The notes under the pieces are model-generated. The model ran no database searches. It was given only the letters and a program-made list of their open reading frames with translations, and had not been told where the DNA came from. Positions 37,297-48,549 of a stretch of DNA of 64,000 bases are shown here, one piece after another. Made by a program: the position numbers and the translations under genes. Numbering within the stretch: position 1 is the first letter of the stretch; the number at the start of each line of letters is the position of its first letter. The stretch covers positions 25,171,899 to 25,235,898 of the forward strand of contig OZ316891.1 of the NCBI GenBank assembly GCA_973895155.1, written 5' to 3'. Origin of the DNA: Marsupella aquatica. Its lineage: Eukaryota > Plantae > Marchantiophyta.

Positions 37297-37710
37297 CAGA
37301 CATTAAAGTCTTGGTACCACTTTATGCCAATAATACCGCACTTTCAGGCTTAGAACTTGGGTGGTACATCAGACGTTAAAGTACCCGTACTTTACGCCAA
37401 GAATACCGTTCCAAACAACGTGCGTACCATATAACGATCATAGAATCCGGAGCGTACATATAACAATTGTACCACAAAGAAGGTACCTATTTGCTAGCGG
37501 CCGCCAAGAAGGTACAGATTCTGCACATGTACAAGGTACATATTTGCCAGCAGCCGCCAAGAAGGTACATGCAAACTCTGGGGATGTAGTATATTCTCCA
37601 AGATTCCGTCCGGCCTTGCCTAAAACATTTCTTCTTCTTCCGTCGTGTGGCTTATAATCCCCTCTACAAATATGCTTGACTTGAAGGATCAATAAATAGC
37701 CTTCCGACTT

Positions 37711-39025
37711 CCTACTCGGCGAGGGTCTCTGACATGCGGTCGCGCTATCTGGCGAGCCTCTTTGTGGTGGATTAGGGACTTCCTTGGTCATTGAGTGTCA
37801 TTTACTTTTCATCCCAAGTCATTCTCGGCGGGGGTCTCCGAGATTCTAAGATGGATTCTCATAGACTTTTACCTAGAATCCTACTCGGTGAGGGTGTTTG
37901 ACATGCGGTCGCGCTATCTGGCGAGCCTCTTTGTGGTGGATTAGGGACTTCCATGGTCGTTGAGTGTCATTTATTTTTCATCCCAAGTCATTCTCGGCGG
38001 GGGTCTCCGAGATTCTGAGATGGATTCTCATAGACTTTTATCTAGAATCCTACTCGGCAAGGGTCTCTGACATGCGGTCGCGCTATCTGGCGAGCCTCTC
38101 TATGGTGGATTAGGGACTTCCTTGGTCGCTGAGTGTCATTTACTTTTCATCCCAAGTCATTCTCGGCGGGGGTCTCCGAGATTCTGAGATGGATTCTCAT
38201 AGACTTTTATCTAGAATCCTACTCGGCGAGGGTCTCTGACATGCGGTCGCGCTATCTGGCGAGCCTCTCTGTGGTGGATTAGGGACTTCCTTGGTTGCTG
38301 AGTGTCATTTACTTTTCATCCCAAGTCATTCTTGGCGGGGGTCTCCGAGATTCTAAGATGGATTCTCATAGACTTTTACCTAGAATCCTACTCGGCGAGG
38401 GTCTCTGACATGCGGTCGCGCTATCTGGCGAGCCTCTCTGTGGTGGATTAGGGACTTCCTTGGTCGCTGAGTGTCATTTACTTTTCATCCCAAGTCATTC
38501 TCGGCGGGGGTCTCCGAGATTCTGAGATGGATTCTCATAGACTTTTACCTAGAATCCTACTCGGCGAGGGTCTCTGACATGCGGTCGCGCTATCTGGCGA
38601 GCCTCTCTGTGGTGGATTAGGGACTTCCTTGGTTGCTGAGTGTCATTTACTTTTCATTCCAAGTCATTCTTGGCGGGGGTCTCCGAGATTCTAAGATGGA
38701 TTCTCATAGACTTTTACCTAGAATCCTACTCGGCGAGGGTCTCTGACATGCGGTCGCGCTATCTGGCGAGCCTCTCTGTGGTGGATTAGGGACTTCCTTG
38801 GTCGCTGAGTGTCATTTACTTTTCATCCCAAGTCATTCTTGGCGGGGGTCTCCAAGATTATGAGATGGATTCTCATAGACTTTTATCTAGAATCCTACTC
38901 GGCGAGGGTCTCTGACATGCGGTCGCGCTATCTGGCGAGCCTCTCTGTGGTGGATTAGGGACTTCCTCGGTCGCTGAGTGTCATTTACTTTTACCTAGAA
39001 TCCTACTCGGCGAGGGTCTTTGACA
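37711..39025. repeat. 169-bp tandem array (~7.7 copies)
   Basis: CTACTCGG anchors at 37712, 37881, 38050, 38219, 38388, 38557, 38726, 38895 and 39003 (truncated). Two TCGG-N9-CYGA motifs per unit. Confidence 0.95.
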
Positions 39026-39249
39026 TTTAGTTTCCACCCTAAATTATTCTCGGTGGGGGTCTCTGAGATGGACTCGGGTCATTTGGGCAACAGTATTTGT
39101 ACTCGGCAAGCCTCTCTGAGATGGTAGATTTGTATGGACACGCGATCCATACAAAATTACATTGTAAAAACATTCAAAAGTACTGTACGGTCAGTTTTTG
39201 CATGCACTTTTGGGTTCATCCTTGTATTTTGGCGAGGGTCTGACGTCGA

Positions 39250-41356
39250 ATGTGGGATAGAACCAATTTGGGTCCTTCATTTGAAACGGAATACCCTTAA
39301 TTTCATCTCGGAGAGGGTCTCTGAGAGACACAGTGTATGTTGTAGCTAACCCTTTGAAACTGTTAACAGGGTCCACAAGTGGTGTCATCTGGCCAAAGTA
39401 CGCCCACGACTCCATCTCAGAGAGGGTCTCCAAGAGGCTGGGTCTCATTTGGCAACCTTTCTGACCCAATATGCGATCTGGGAGAACTGCTCTCTGGCCA
39501 CTTGGGGCACACGGCTCCATCTCAGAGAGGGTCTCCGAGCGATTGGGTTGCAATCTCGCTTCCCTTTCCACCCAAGACGCGATTGACAATTTTTGTCGTC
39601 TGGCCGTTCGGGCCACACCACTCCATCTCAGAGAGGGTCTGTGACATCGGATGTTGGATAGAACCATTTTTGGGTCCTTCCTTTGAAACGGAATACCCTT
39701 AATTTCATCTCGGAGAGGGTCTCTGAGAGACACAGTGTATGTTGTAGCTAACCCTTTGAAATTGTTAACAGGGTCCACAAGTGGTGTCATCTGGCCAAAG
39801 TACGCCCACGACTCCATCTCAGAGAGGGTCTCCAAGAGGCTGGGTCTCATTTGGCAACCTTTCTGACCCAATATGTGATCTGGGAGAACTGCTCTCTGGC
39901 CACTTGGGGCACACGGCTCCATCTCAGAGAGGGTCTCCGAGCGATTGGGTTGCAATCTCGCTTCCCTTTCCACCCAAGACGCAATTGACAATTTTTGTCG
40001 TCTGGCCGTTCGGGCCACACCACTCCATCTCAGAGAGGGTCTGTGACATCGGATGTTGGATAGAACCATTTTGGGTCCTTCCTTTGAAACGGAATACCCT
40101 TAATTTCATCTCGGAGAGGGTCTCTGAGAGACACAGTGTATGTTGTAGCTAACCCTTTGAAACTGTTAACAGGGTCCACAAGTGGTGTCATCTGGCCAAA
40201 GTACGCCCACGACTCCATCTCAGAGAGGGTCTCCGAGAGGCTGGGTCTCATTTGGCAACCTTTTTTACCCAATATGCAATCTGGGAGAACTGCTCTCTGG
40301 CCACTTGGGGCACACCGCTCCATCTGAGAGAGGGTCTCCGAGCGATTGGGTTGCAATCTCGCTTCGCTTTCCACCCAAGACGCGATTGACAATTTTTGTC
40401 GTCTGGCCGTTCGGGCCACACGACTCCATCTCAGAGAGGGTCTGTGACATCGGATGTTGGATAGAACCATTTTTGGGTCCTTCCTTTGAAACGGAATACC
40501 CTTAATTTCATCTCAGAGAGGGTCTCTGAGAGACACAGTGTATGTTGTAGCTAACCCTTTGAAACTGTTAACAGGGTCCACAAGTGGTGTCATCTGGCCA
40601 AAGTACGCCCACGACTCCATCTCAGAGAGGGTCTCCGAGAGGCTGGGTCTCATTTGGCAACCTTTCTGACCCAATATGCGATCTGGGAGAACTGCTCTCT
40701 GGCCACTTGGGGCACACTGCTCCATCTCAGAGAGGGTCTCCAAGCGATTGGGTTGCAATCTCGCTTCCCTTTCCACCCAAGACGCGATTGACAATTTTTG
40801 TCGTCTGGCCGTTCGGGCCACACCACTCCATCTCAGAGAGGGTCTGTGACATCGGATGTTGGATAGAACCATTTTGGGTCCTTCCTTTGAAACGGAATAC
40901 CCTTAATTTCATCTCGGAGAGGGTCTCTGAGAGACACAGTGTATGTTGTAGCTAACCCTTTGAAATTGTTAACAGGGTCCACAAGTGGTGTCATCTGGCC
41001 AAAGTACGCCCACGACTCCATCTCAGAGAGGGTCTCCAAGAGGCTGGGTCTCATTTGGCAACCTTTCTGACCCAATATGCGATCTGGGAGAACTGCTCTC
41101 TGGCCACTTGGGGCACACGGCTCCATCTCAGAGAGGGTCTCCGAGCGATTGGGTTGCAATCTCGCTTCCCTTTCCACCCAAGACGCGATTGACAATTTTT
41201 GTCGTCTGGCCATTCGGGCCACACCACTCCATCTCAGAGAGGGTCTGTGACATCGGATGTTGGATAGAACCATTTTGGGTCCTTCCTTTGAAACGGAATA
41301 CCCTTAATTTCATCTCGGAGAGGGTCTCTGAGAGACACAGTGTATGTTGTAGCTAA
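39250..41356. repeat. 401/402-bp tandem array (~5.3 copies)
   Basis: GAAACGGAATACCC anchors at 39283, 39685, 40086, 40488, 40889 and 41290. Four ATCTCRGAGAGGGTCT... motifs per unit. Confidence 0.95.
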
Positions 41357-42627
41357 TAGGGTCCACAAGTGGTGTCATCTGGTCCACAAGTGTTGTCATC
41401 TGGCCCACGACTCCATCTCAGAGAGGGTCTCCGAGAGGCTGGCGACCTTTTTGACCCAAGAAGCGTACTTTTCTACCATGAAGTTCGCTAGAGTGTTGGA
41501 CTTTTTTCTACTTCTCATATTTTACCCTAAACCCTAAACATAATTGGCCGCCTTTATTAAGTCTCCTCCAACAAACCCTCCTTGATCTTGTTGACTTGTG
41601 CTCTTCCCCCTTCTCTTAACCCCAATTTCCTCTTTTAGTTAAGCCACCCAAATGATAATGCATGTGGGCAACCATTTCCTCTTTGAGCTGACACACCGAG
41701 ATGTTGACACGTCTTAGTAGGCCTCGGAATGAAATGACAGCAAGGGTCTCCTACATTCGGACTCATTTGAGTTGTAGGCTGAAGTCCCTAATTGTACCCT
41801 AAATGTACCCTAAACTCTCTTGTACTAGTGGTGGTCAGTACTCGCGTTAGCATTGTGTACTTTCTTGTTTGGGCCGTTAACATGTACGTATCAAAATATA
41901 GTTAGGATCTCCCGTATCTATTGCGTACTTTAGTGTTGTGCAGTACGTGCGGTACGTTATTCCTTGAAGTGGATGTCGTTCCTTCCTTGTCACTCTTCCA
42001 CGGTGTGACACCTTAGGTTTGGCGCTCGTCTTTATCACTAATCCTCGGACCTTCTCACTCTGCCTCACTCTTTTGCGTCCCTTACTCGTTCGCGCTCTAA
42101 TCCGCGCTCTTCCTCAATCTTTGCATATTGGTCTTGTGCAATCTCTCACTTCTCCGTGCTCACATCCGCATTGTTCCTGCTCTTCTTTAGTCGTCCCACT
42201 CACGGTAAACTCTCCTGTGCAACCCTGTTATCGTGTCTACTGGATTGCGTTGGTGTTTTGAGGCAGTGAGCGTGTGGTAGCTTCTCCGTGAGCGTTTAGG
42301 CAACATTTTCTTGTGAGCATTTGCGACAGTGATTTGCCGTGAACGTTGGTGATTCTCTCAGGTTTTTCTCTTGGCTCCCCCTTTTTCTTGATATGTAAAA
42401 TCCATTTGTAGATGAATCAAATGTGTGATAGGCTAGACCCCGCGTATCCTTGAAAACTGGCTCTCTCGGCGGGGCTCGCTGAGATCTTGTCAGGTTTATA
42501 GGTCGAGCTATTGCCGAGTAATAACTCTTTCATTTCTCATGTAATCTAAGGTCAAAATACCAAAGAGGAAAGACTCGACTGGAGCTGGACCTGCCGACAG
42601 CCAAACTTCTCAGCGGAGTAAGAAACC

Positions 42628-45600
42628 ATGATCCAAGTCTCCTTCGCCAGTCACGTCTCGACTGACGCGCTCACAGGTGGTCCACTTATGGAGTCAGTCG
42701 ACTCTAGGAGGAAGTTTGAGCCAAAGCAAATATCATTTGAGCCTATTGGAGTGGCAGAATTGGCTGATATTGCTGAGAAGGGAGCCTGGGAGTCTATCAT
42801 CTCCAAGTATGAGACAAAGTTTAGTAAGGATCCGCCCCGGATCCCCTTGTGCCGGCTCATGCCAATGGAGGCAGTGAGGAATCTTCAGGATGAGTCGGTT
42901 GCAAAATTAAAAAAAGGATTCAAAGAGAGCGGCTATGTTGTGAAGCTCAACGAGTTCCACATTACTGAGTTCAATGAAATTGGAGAAACGCAGACAGTGA
43001 CAGACTTCAAGCCATTTTGGGACCCTCTATGGACTCAGCTCAATGAACAGTTTGAGCAAGAGTGCGATGCATCAAAGGAGTTCAAAGTCCTTAAGGACAA
43101 GATGTTTTGGTTTTTGATGGAAACCACAGATACACAGCCTGGTCCGCAGTTGCTTCTGAGTATCCGGATCAATTGCAATACCATCCGTGCGTCAGATTCT
43201 CTCTTTTGAACGCTGGGAAGGACGGATTCAAGAAGGTTGAGCAAGCAATGCACGCTCTCAACTCGTAAGTACTCTCATTTGCGTCTTTTTGCAAAATGTG
43301 ATTACCCGTTTGTGTAAACCTTGTGTGCCATCTTGGAGAGCCTCTCTGAAATTGCCGCTATGAGTACTGTTTGTATTTTCAGGATAAGTGCGACTGTCAT
43401 AAAGACGTCTTGGTTTAATGACGCTGATCGGGTTGCAAAGCTATTGAACACTCCATTGGAGGAGTACAGTTTGCTCATGTCAAATGAGACAATGGAGGCT
43501 TTCATGAAGGCCCGAAATCGAGGACATGGGAAGACTTGGTACTCGAAGAATATGACAAAAGAAGCCGTTGTGTACATCATGTCTTGGTCAAACATTGAAG
43601 CGGGACAAATCAATATCTCCAAGGAGATGGCACAAGACGCAGCTCGTGGGCACCCGTGGAGTGTGAAGAGAACTGAGGAGGAGACGGAGGCAATGATTAT
43701 TGTTGCATGCAAGGCCTGGGACAACAAGTTCCCCAAGCTTGCGGCCTGCGTGAATCCGGCCAATGGAGACCAGTTCATGCCGGTATGTCGGCAGTTGTAT
43801 CACAAGTTGTCAAAGGACGCCAAGCAAGGTGTGATGAATGTACAGGTTGGCTTGGACAGGGTCCGCTTGTTTGCTGGGGCTTGGGTAACTGTAGAGTGCA
43901 GAGTAAAGCTATTGAAAGCTCATTTTGGAACGGAGGAGGAGAAGAGTATGTATCACCATCCACGTAGCAATGGTGATGCTGCAATTAGATCCTGGTTAGC
44001 GGTCTGGTCAATGTGGTGTTACATTGACCACGTTGGTTGTGTGATTTTGACCGATTTTGCTGCAAAGGCCTACCAAAGACAGATGTACCGTGAGTTTTCC
44101 GGGACAAAGGAGGAATTTGCAGAGCTATACAGAAGGCTTTATCGAGCTTATGTGCAAGAGAAATCACTGAAACTAGGCGGGGAAATTTGGATTGACGGAA
44201 AGGCCACGGTCTTGTTAAAAGAATTGTGGAAAAAGTGAACAAAGAGGTGCGTGACAAGATTTATAATCAATCAGGAGAACATGAATGCATCCGTATTGAA
44301 AGAGCTGCCATGGGCACTCACATCTTGGATGGAGCCGAAAGGGAGCCTTAGCATGTATCCATGTGATGGCCAAATTCCTAATGGCAGAGTAGTCTGCGAT
44401 TGGGAACGTCAAAACTGCCCATGGTATATGGAATACCGTGACTGGAATACTTTTATCGATGACGCTGAGAAGGAGTGTGCAATGAAGCTGAAGGACCAAC
44501 AGGAGCCTACAAATTACTACGATATATCCAAGCTGCGACAATTGACGGACTCTATGCCCCAGGCAATAGCGTTGGAGGCCATAATCCCAATGGACCCAGC
44601 CTATGATGGGAAAAAGCCCCAAAAGGAAGGAGGCGAGAAGAAGGTCGACAAGGAACAATCCGCCGAGGCCAGTCAGTCAGATTCTATAAGCACTCCAACA
44701 AAGACCCCATCAGGTATTACTCAATTCCTTTCGAATCAGGTGGTGGCTTGCATTGGAAAAAACCTTGGCTAGGTTGGCGAGGCTCGCCGAGATTAAGTGT
44801 CTGGTCCAGTCCAGATGTTGGCGAGGCTCTCCAAGATTAAGTGTCTGGTCCAGTCCAGATGTCGGCAAGGCTTGCCGAGATGAAGTATTAGTTGAGTAAT
44901 AAGTTGCTTGCATATAATGAACCCGATCTTGGCGAGGCTCGCCGAGATGCAGTTGCCATCATGAAGCTCATCAATTTGCATCCTATGCAGGTCATGCAGA
45001 GATCCAAACGGAACCTGATTCTATCAAGAGCAAGGGTGTAGAGCCGGCTACAAAGGCAGCAGTTGAGGACGGTCCAGGGGTTTCGCAGGGTCCAAGGCAC
45101 AAGGATAAACAACCAATAGTTGAGTTGGGTCCAGACGAGGCTCCACTGCAAGAATTTGACTTGCCTCCGCATGAGGCTCCTGAAGTACAAGATGAATTGG
45201 CTGACGAGCAGCAAGGTGAGGATGATGTGGGTGAGCAAGAGGAAGAGGAGCGAGAGGAAGAGGAGAAAGGACAATCCGGAGATGAAGGGCGCTTGTCTGA
45301 TATCTCTCCTGTGCCTTACCGGCCACCATTACTATCACGGCAAAAGGAAAAGGCCTTAAAAAGAAAGCAAACTAGGCGACCCAGAGCTCCCAAAGGGAGC
45401 CCAAGCAAAGCACGTGACGAGGAATTTCCTCCTCTTCCTTCCCCCACTGAGTCGCCTCCCCCGCCCGGCACTGGAGAGGTTCCGCCCACAACCATCCAAC
45501 CTGACCCCACATTGGAAAATGAGGAGGATGAAGAGGCCCTTGGAGAAGAGGATAACACAGAGCTGGAAGGAGTAAGGCGTCCTTATGCCAATACCATGTC

Positions 45601-47813
45601 TTCCCAAAGCAGACATATGTATTTTAGGTGGTCTCCAAATCTATTTACAACTTTTTTTGATGCGGCTAAAGAAGGTACCGAACCCCCTGTAGTTAGTAAA
45701 TTGATCTCATGGTGCAGAAAGCTATTGCGGGAAGGTTTGCGTCAAAATGCCTGGAGAAAAGGGGGGAAGCGAGTGAAGACTGGTGCAGATTTAATTCTGA
45801 TACATATGGGAACAGACACGCGTATGGTCGAGGGTAAGTCCACCCCGTAGTGGAATTCGTTCTGGGAGGACGACTTGAACCGGGTTCAGGAGTTTGCTCA
45901 AGATGTCCTTGATTCCGAAGGACTGTTTGCCATCGTGCACAGTGGTTCGCTTCGGCACTCAACTTGCATTTATGATGCATTAGTTTACGAGAATACCAAC
46001 TGGGGGTTGAAAGAAAGCTTCTTTATCTGGAACGACACACCCACCTACGATGGTAGGACTGGGAAGCGAGTAAGTCCCATCAATTACCTACTTCTTCATT
46101 TATTTTTTATTCCAATGACTTACTATCCTAAACTGAGGAAGTCTGACCTCTGAATATGTTTGGCCGATCCAGAGCGAATATCTCAAGCTAGACCTGTGGG
46201 GGTTTCAATCTGCTGTGGAGATATGCCCAAAGGACGATGTGGCACCAATTAGTGCAAAGCTCGATATGAAGAGTAGGAATGGGCTAACGAACTATACATC
46301 CAAGAAGAATCAGGTTAATGATCCTTTTGCGGGCACATTGTCGCCAGCAACGCTCCAATGTATCATCGAATATCCAACACACCCTGGGGCAACTATCCTC
46401 ACTTTCAACGCACAGTTTGGGGCAATATTCAAGGCGGGTGAAAATTGCGGGCGGATGGTGTTTGGGACTGAATCCTATCCTCACTTCGGAACTTGTGCGC
46501 AAGACCAACTGGCACAACTGGTTGGAGTGATCTCCCCGGAGGAGGAAGAGGTGGTCCGTTCAAAAGCCAATCCAGAAAAGCGCAAGAAGAAAAAGCCGGC
46601 AGTACTCCCAACAACATGTAAGTTTTCTGGAGTTTGACGTTGTTCATTTCATATTTGCTTGCTCGTCGCAATGGTTGACAATAGAGGGATACAAGTCAGC
46701 GGCCTCGCCGATATGTATGCATGTCGGCTGACCTCGCTGACATTCATAGTGTCTGGCCTCCTCTACAAGCGAGGGCAAGTCCTAACTTGAGATGCATGTT
46801 GGCGGACCTTGCCAAGATTCATTCCTCTACATGCAACTCAGGAAGAGTCATCTTGGCGGGCCTCTCCAAGATCCGTCTGAGGAAGAGTGATCTCGGCTGG
46901 CCTCTCCAAGATCCGTCTCAAGAAGAGTTAATCTCGGCTGGCCTCTCTGAGATCCGTCTCAGGAATAGTCATCTCGGCTGGCCTCTCCGAGATCCATCTC
47001 AGGAAGAGTGATCTTGGCTGGCCTATCCAAGATCCGTTGCAGGAAGAGTCAATCTCGGCTGGCCTCTCTGAGATCCGTCTCCGGAATAGTCATCTCGGTT
47101 GGCCTCTCTGAGATCCATCTCAGGAAGAGTGATCTCGGCTGGCCTCTCCAAGATCCGTCTTAGGAAGAGTCAATCTCGGCTGGCCTCTCTAAGATCCGTC
47201 TCAGGAATAGTCATCTCGGCTAGCCTCTCTGAGATCCGTCTCAGGAATAGTCATCTCGGCTGGCCTCTCCGAGATCCGTCTCAGGAAGAGTGATCTTGGC
47301 TGGCCTCTCCAAGATCCGTCTTAGGAAGAGTCAATCTCGGCTGGCCTCTCTGAGATCCGTCTCAGGAATAGTCATCTCGGCTGGCCTCTACGAGATCCGT
47401 CTCAGGAAGAGTGATCTTGGCTGGCCTCTCCGAGATCCGTCGATCCATGTCGACTACCTTCCCTGACAGATGCCTTCTTGTTTACGTCTATTTTGGGCGC
47501 AATACATTATTTGATTGAATTTAAGTATAGCTTAGTAGCAGTTCCCGACAGGACTATCGAGTCAGCTACAGTGGAATGGGACAGCCAGGACAGACGGCTT
47601 GTCAAGCTTGCGTGGGAGGAAGCTTTGGCATATTTCTCGCCGGAGAAGTTAACCCTTCCGTGCTACGCTGCTGATACCTATCATGAAGAAATAGTGCCTT
47701 GCTGTGTACAAGAGAGAAAAAGGAAAACTCTCAAATTTGTCGATGATAGGGCAAAAGAAGCTCAATCGGATGAGAGTAGCTCGGTAGGAAGTGACAGTCT
47801 CCAAACTCACCAT
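42628..47813 (+). pseudogene. Multi-exon transposon gene: ParB/Srx-like domain, helical region, acidic linker and degenerate beta-class N4/N6 DNA-methyltransferase-like region
   Basis: IPLCRLMP..VRNL..SVAKLK..F...GY, then FDGNHRYTAW after a 1-bp frameshift at ~43110. Phase-compatible GT-AG introns at 43265-43382, 44714-44990, 46070-46172 and 46618-47469. Stops TGA 44236 and TAG 45848. ADLILIH, AQDVLDSEGLFAI and TLQCIIEYPTHPGATILTFNAQFGAIFKAGENCGRMVFGTE resemble MTase motifs IV, VI and X-I-II. Confidence 0.6.
46851..47441. repeat. 40/41-bp intronic tandem array (~15 copies, mostly arranged as a 121-bp trimer)
   Basis: Unit TCTCGGCTGGCCTCTCYRAGATCCGTCTCAGGAAKAGTSA(A); each unit has ATCTCGG-N9-CCGAGAT or a C>T/G>A variant. 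Confidence 0.95.
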
Positions 47814-47880
47814 GTACGTATAAGATTATCAAGCTCGAGTTCCGAAGAGTAATGTTTGAATGAATTTACCTTCATTGCAG

Positions 47881-48549
47881 CTCAGGAGAGACCTGAGCAA
47901 CCAGTGAATGAGGGGCTGACTCCCCGGGCAGGAGTGAAAGAGGTGGGGCTTGCAAACAAAGGAGTGCCTGCACAACAGCAACCATCCAAATTTTTGGCGA
48001 TAGTGAAGAAGGCATTGGACCCCAAGGCGGACCAAAAAGAGGTCATAGTGACAATCGAGGACGTGCACTTGACGAGGGCACATTTAAAATGCTTGATTCC
48101 AAAAAAATGGATCACTTGCGACGTCATCAATGCTTACATTGCTTTACTGGAACGAAGAGCACAAACCCTTCATAAACCCAAGGCCATGGTATTGCCAACA
48201 CATTTTTACCAAGTGATGACATCTCCGGAATATAACTTCAACGCAGCGTTGGCATATTGGCGGGGCATTCAAATATGGGAGCACGAGTACGTTTTAATCC
48301 CCGTCTACCGGCCAAAACACTGGGTACTAGTTGTGGTTGATACTGCCTTGCGGCAACTGCATTTACTTGATCCGCTTGTGCCCGAAGCACAGGATGGCAC
48401 AGAAGTGTTCAAAGTAGCTCAGTTTCTTTCGGACCTCTCCATCTTGCAGGGTTGTACCTTGTTATGTCCATTAGAATGGCCACGCATTTATCGAGATAAC
48501 ATTCCAGGTCAAGGGGATGATTACAATTGTGGTGTATATATCATTATCT
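47881..48549 (+). CDS. Ulp1-like SUMO protease (peptidase C48) domain, C-terminally truncated
   Basis: WITCDVINAY, THFY, VLIPV...HWVLVVVD, LLDPL and PGQGDDYNCGVY show the His/Asp/Gln/Cys catalytic set. The sequence switches to LTR-A DNA at 48550. Confidence 0.9.

Noticed and set aside
37711-39025. 169-bp array as centromeric satellite
   Set aside because: Only ~8 copies, and it shares its core motif with the transposon's introns and flank.
39191-41356. Repeated ORFs on both strands in the 401-bp array
   Set aside because: Unit length alternates between 401 and 402 bp, so frames break between units; no domain similarity.
46851-47441. CRISPR-like array of palindromic ~40-bp repeats
   Set aside because: Head-to-tail units with no unique spacers, no cas genes, and located inside a spliceosomal intron.
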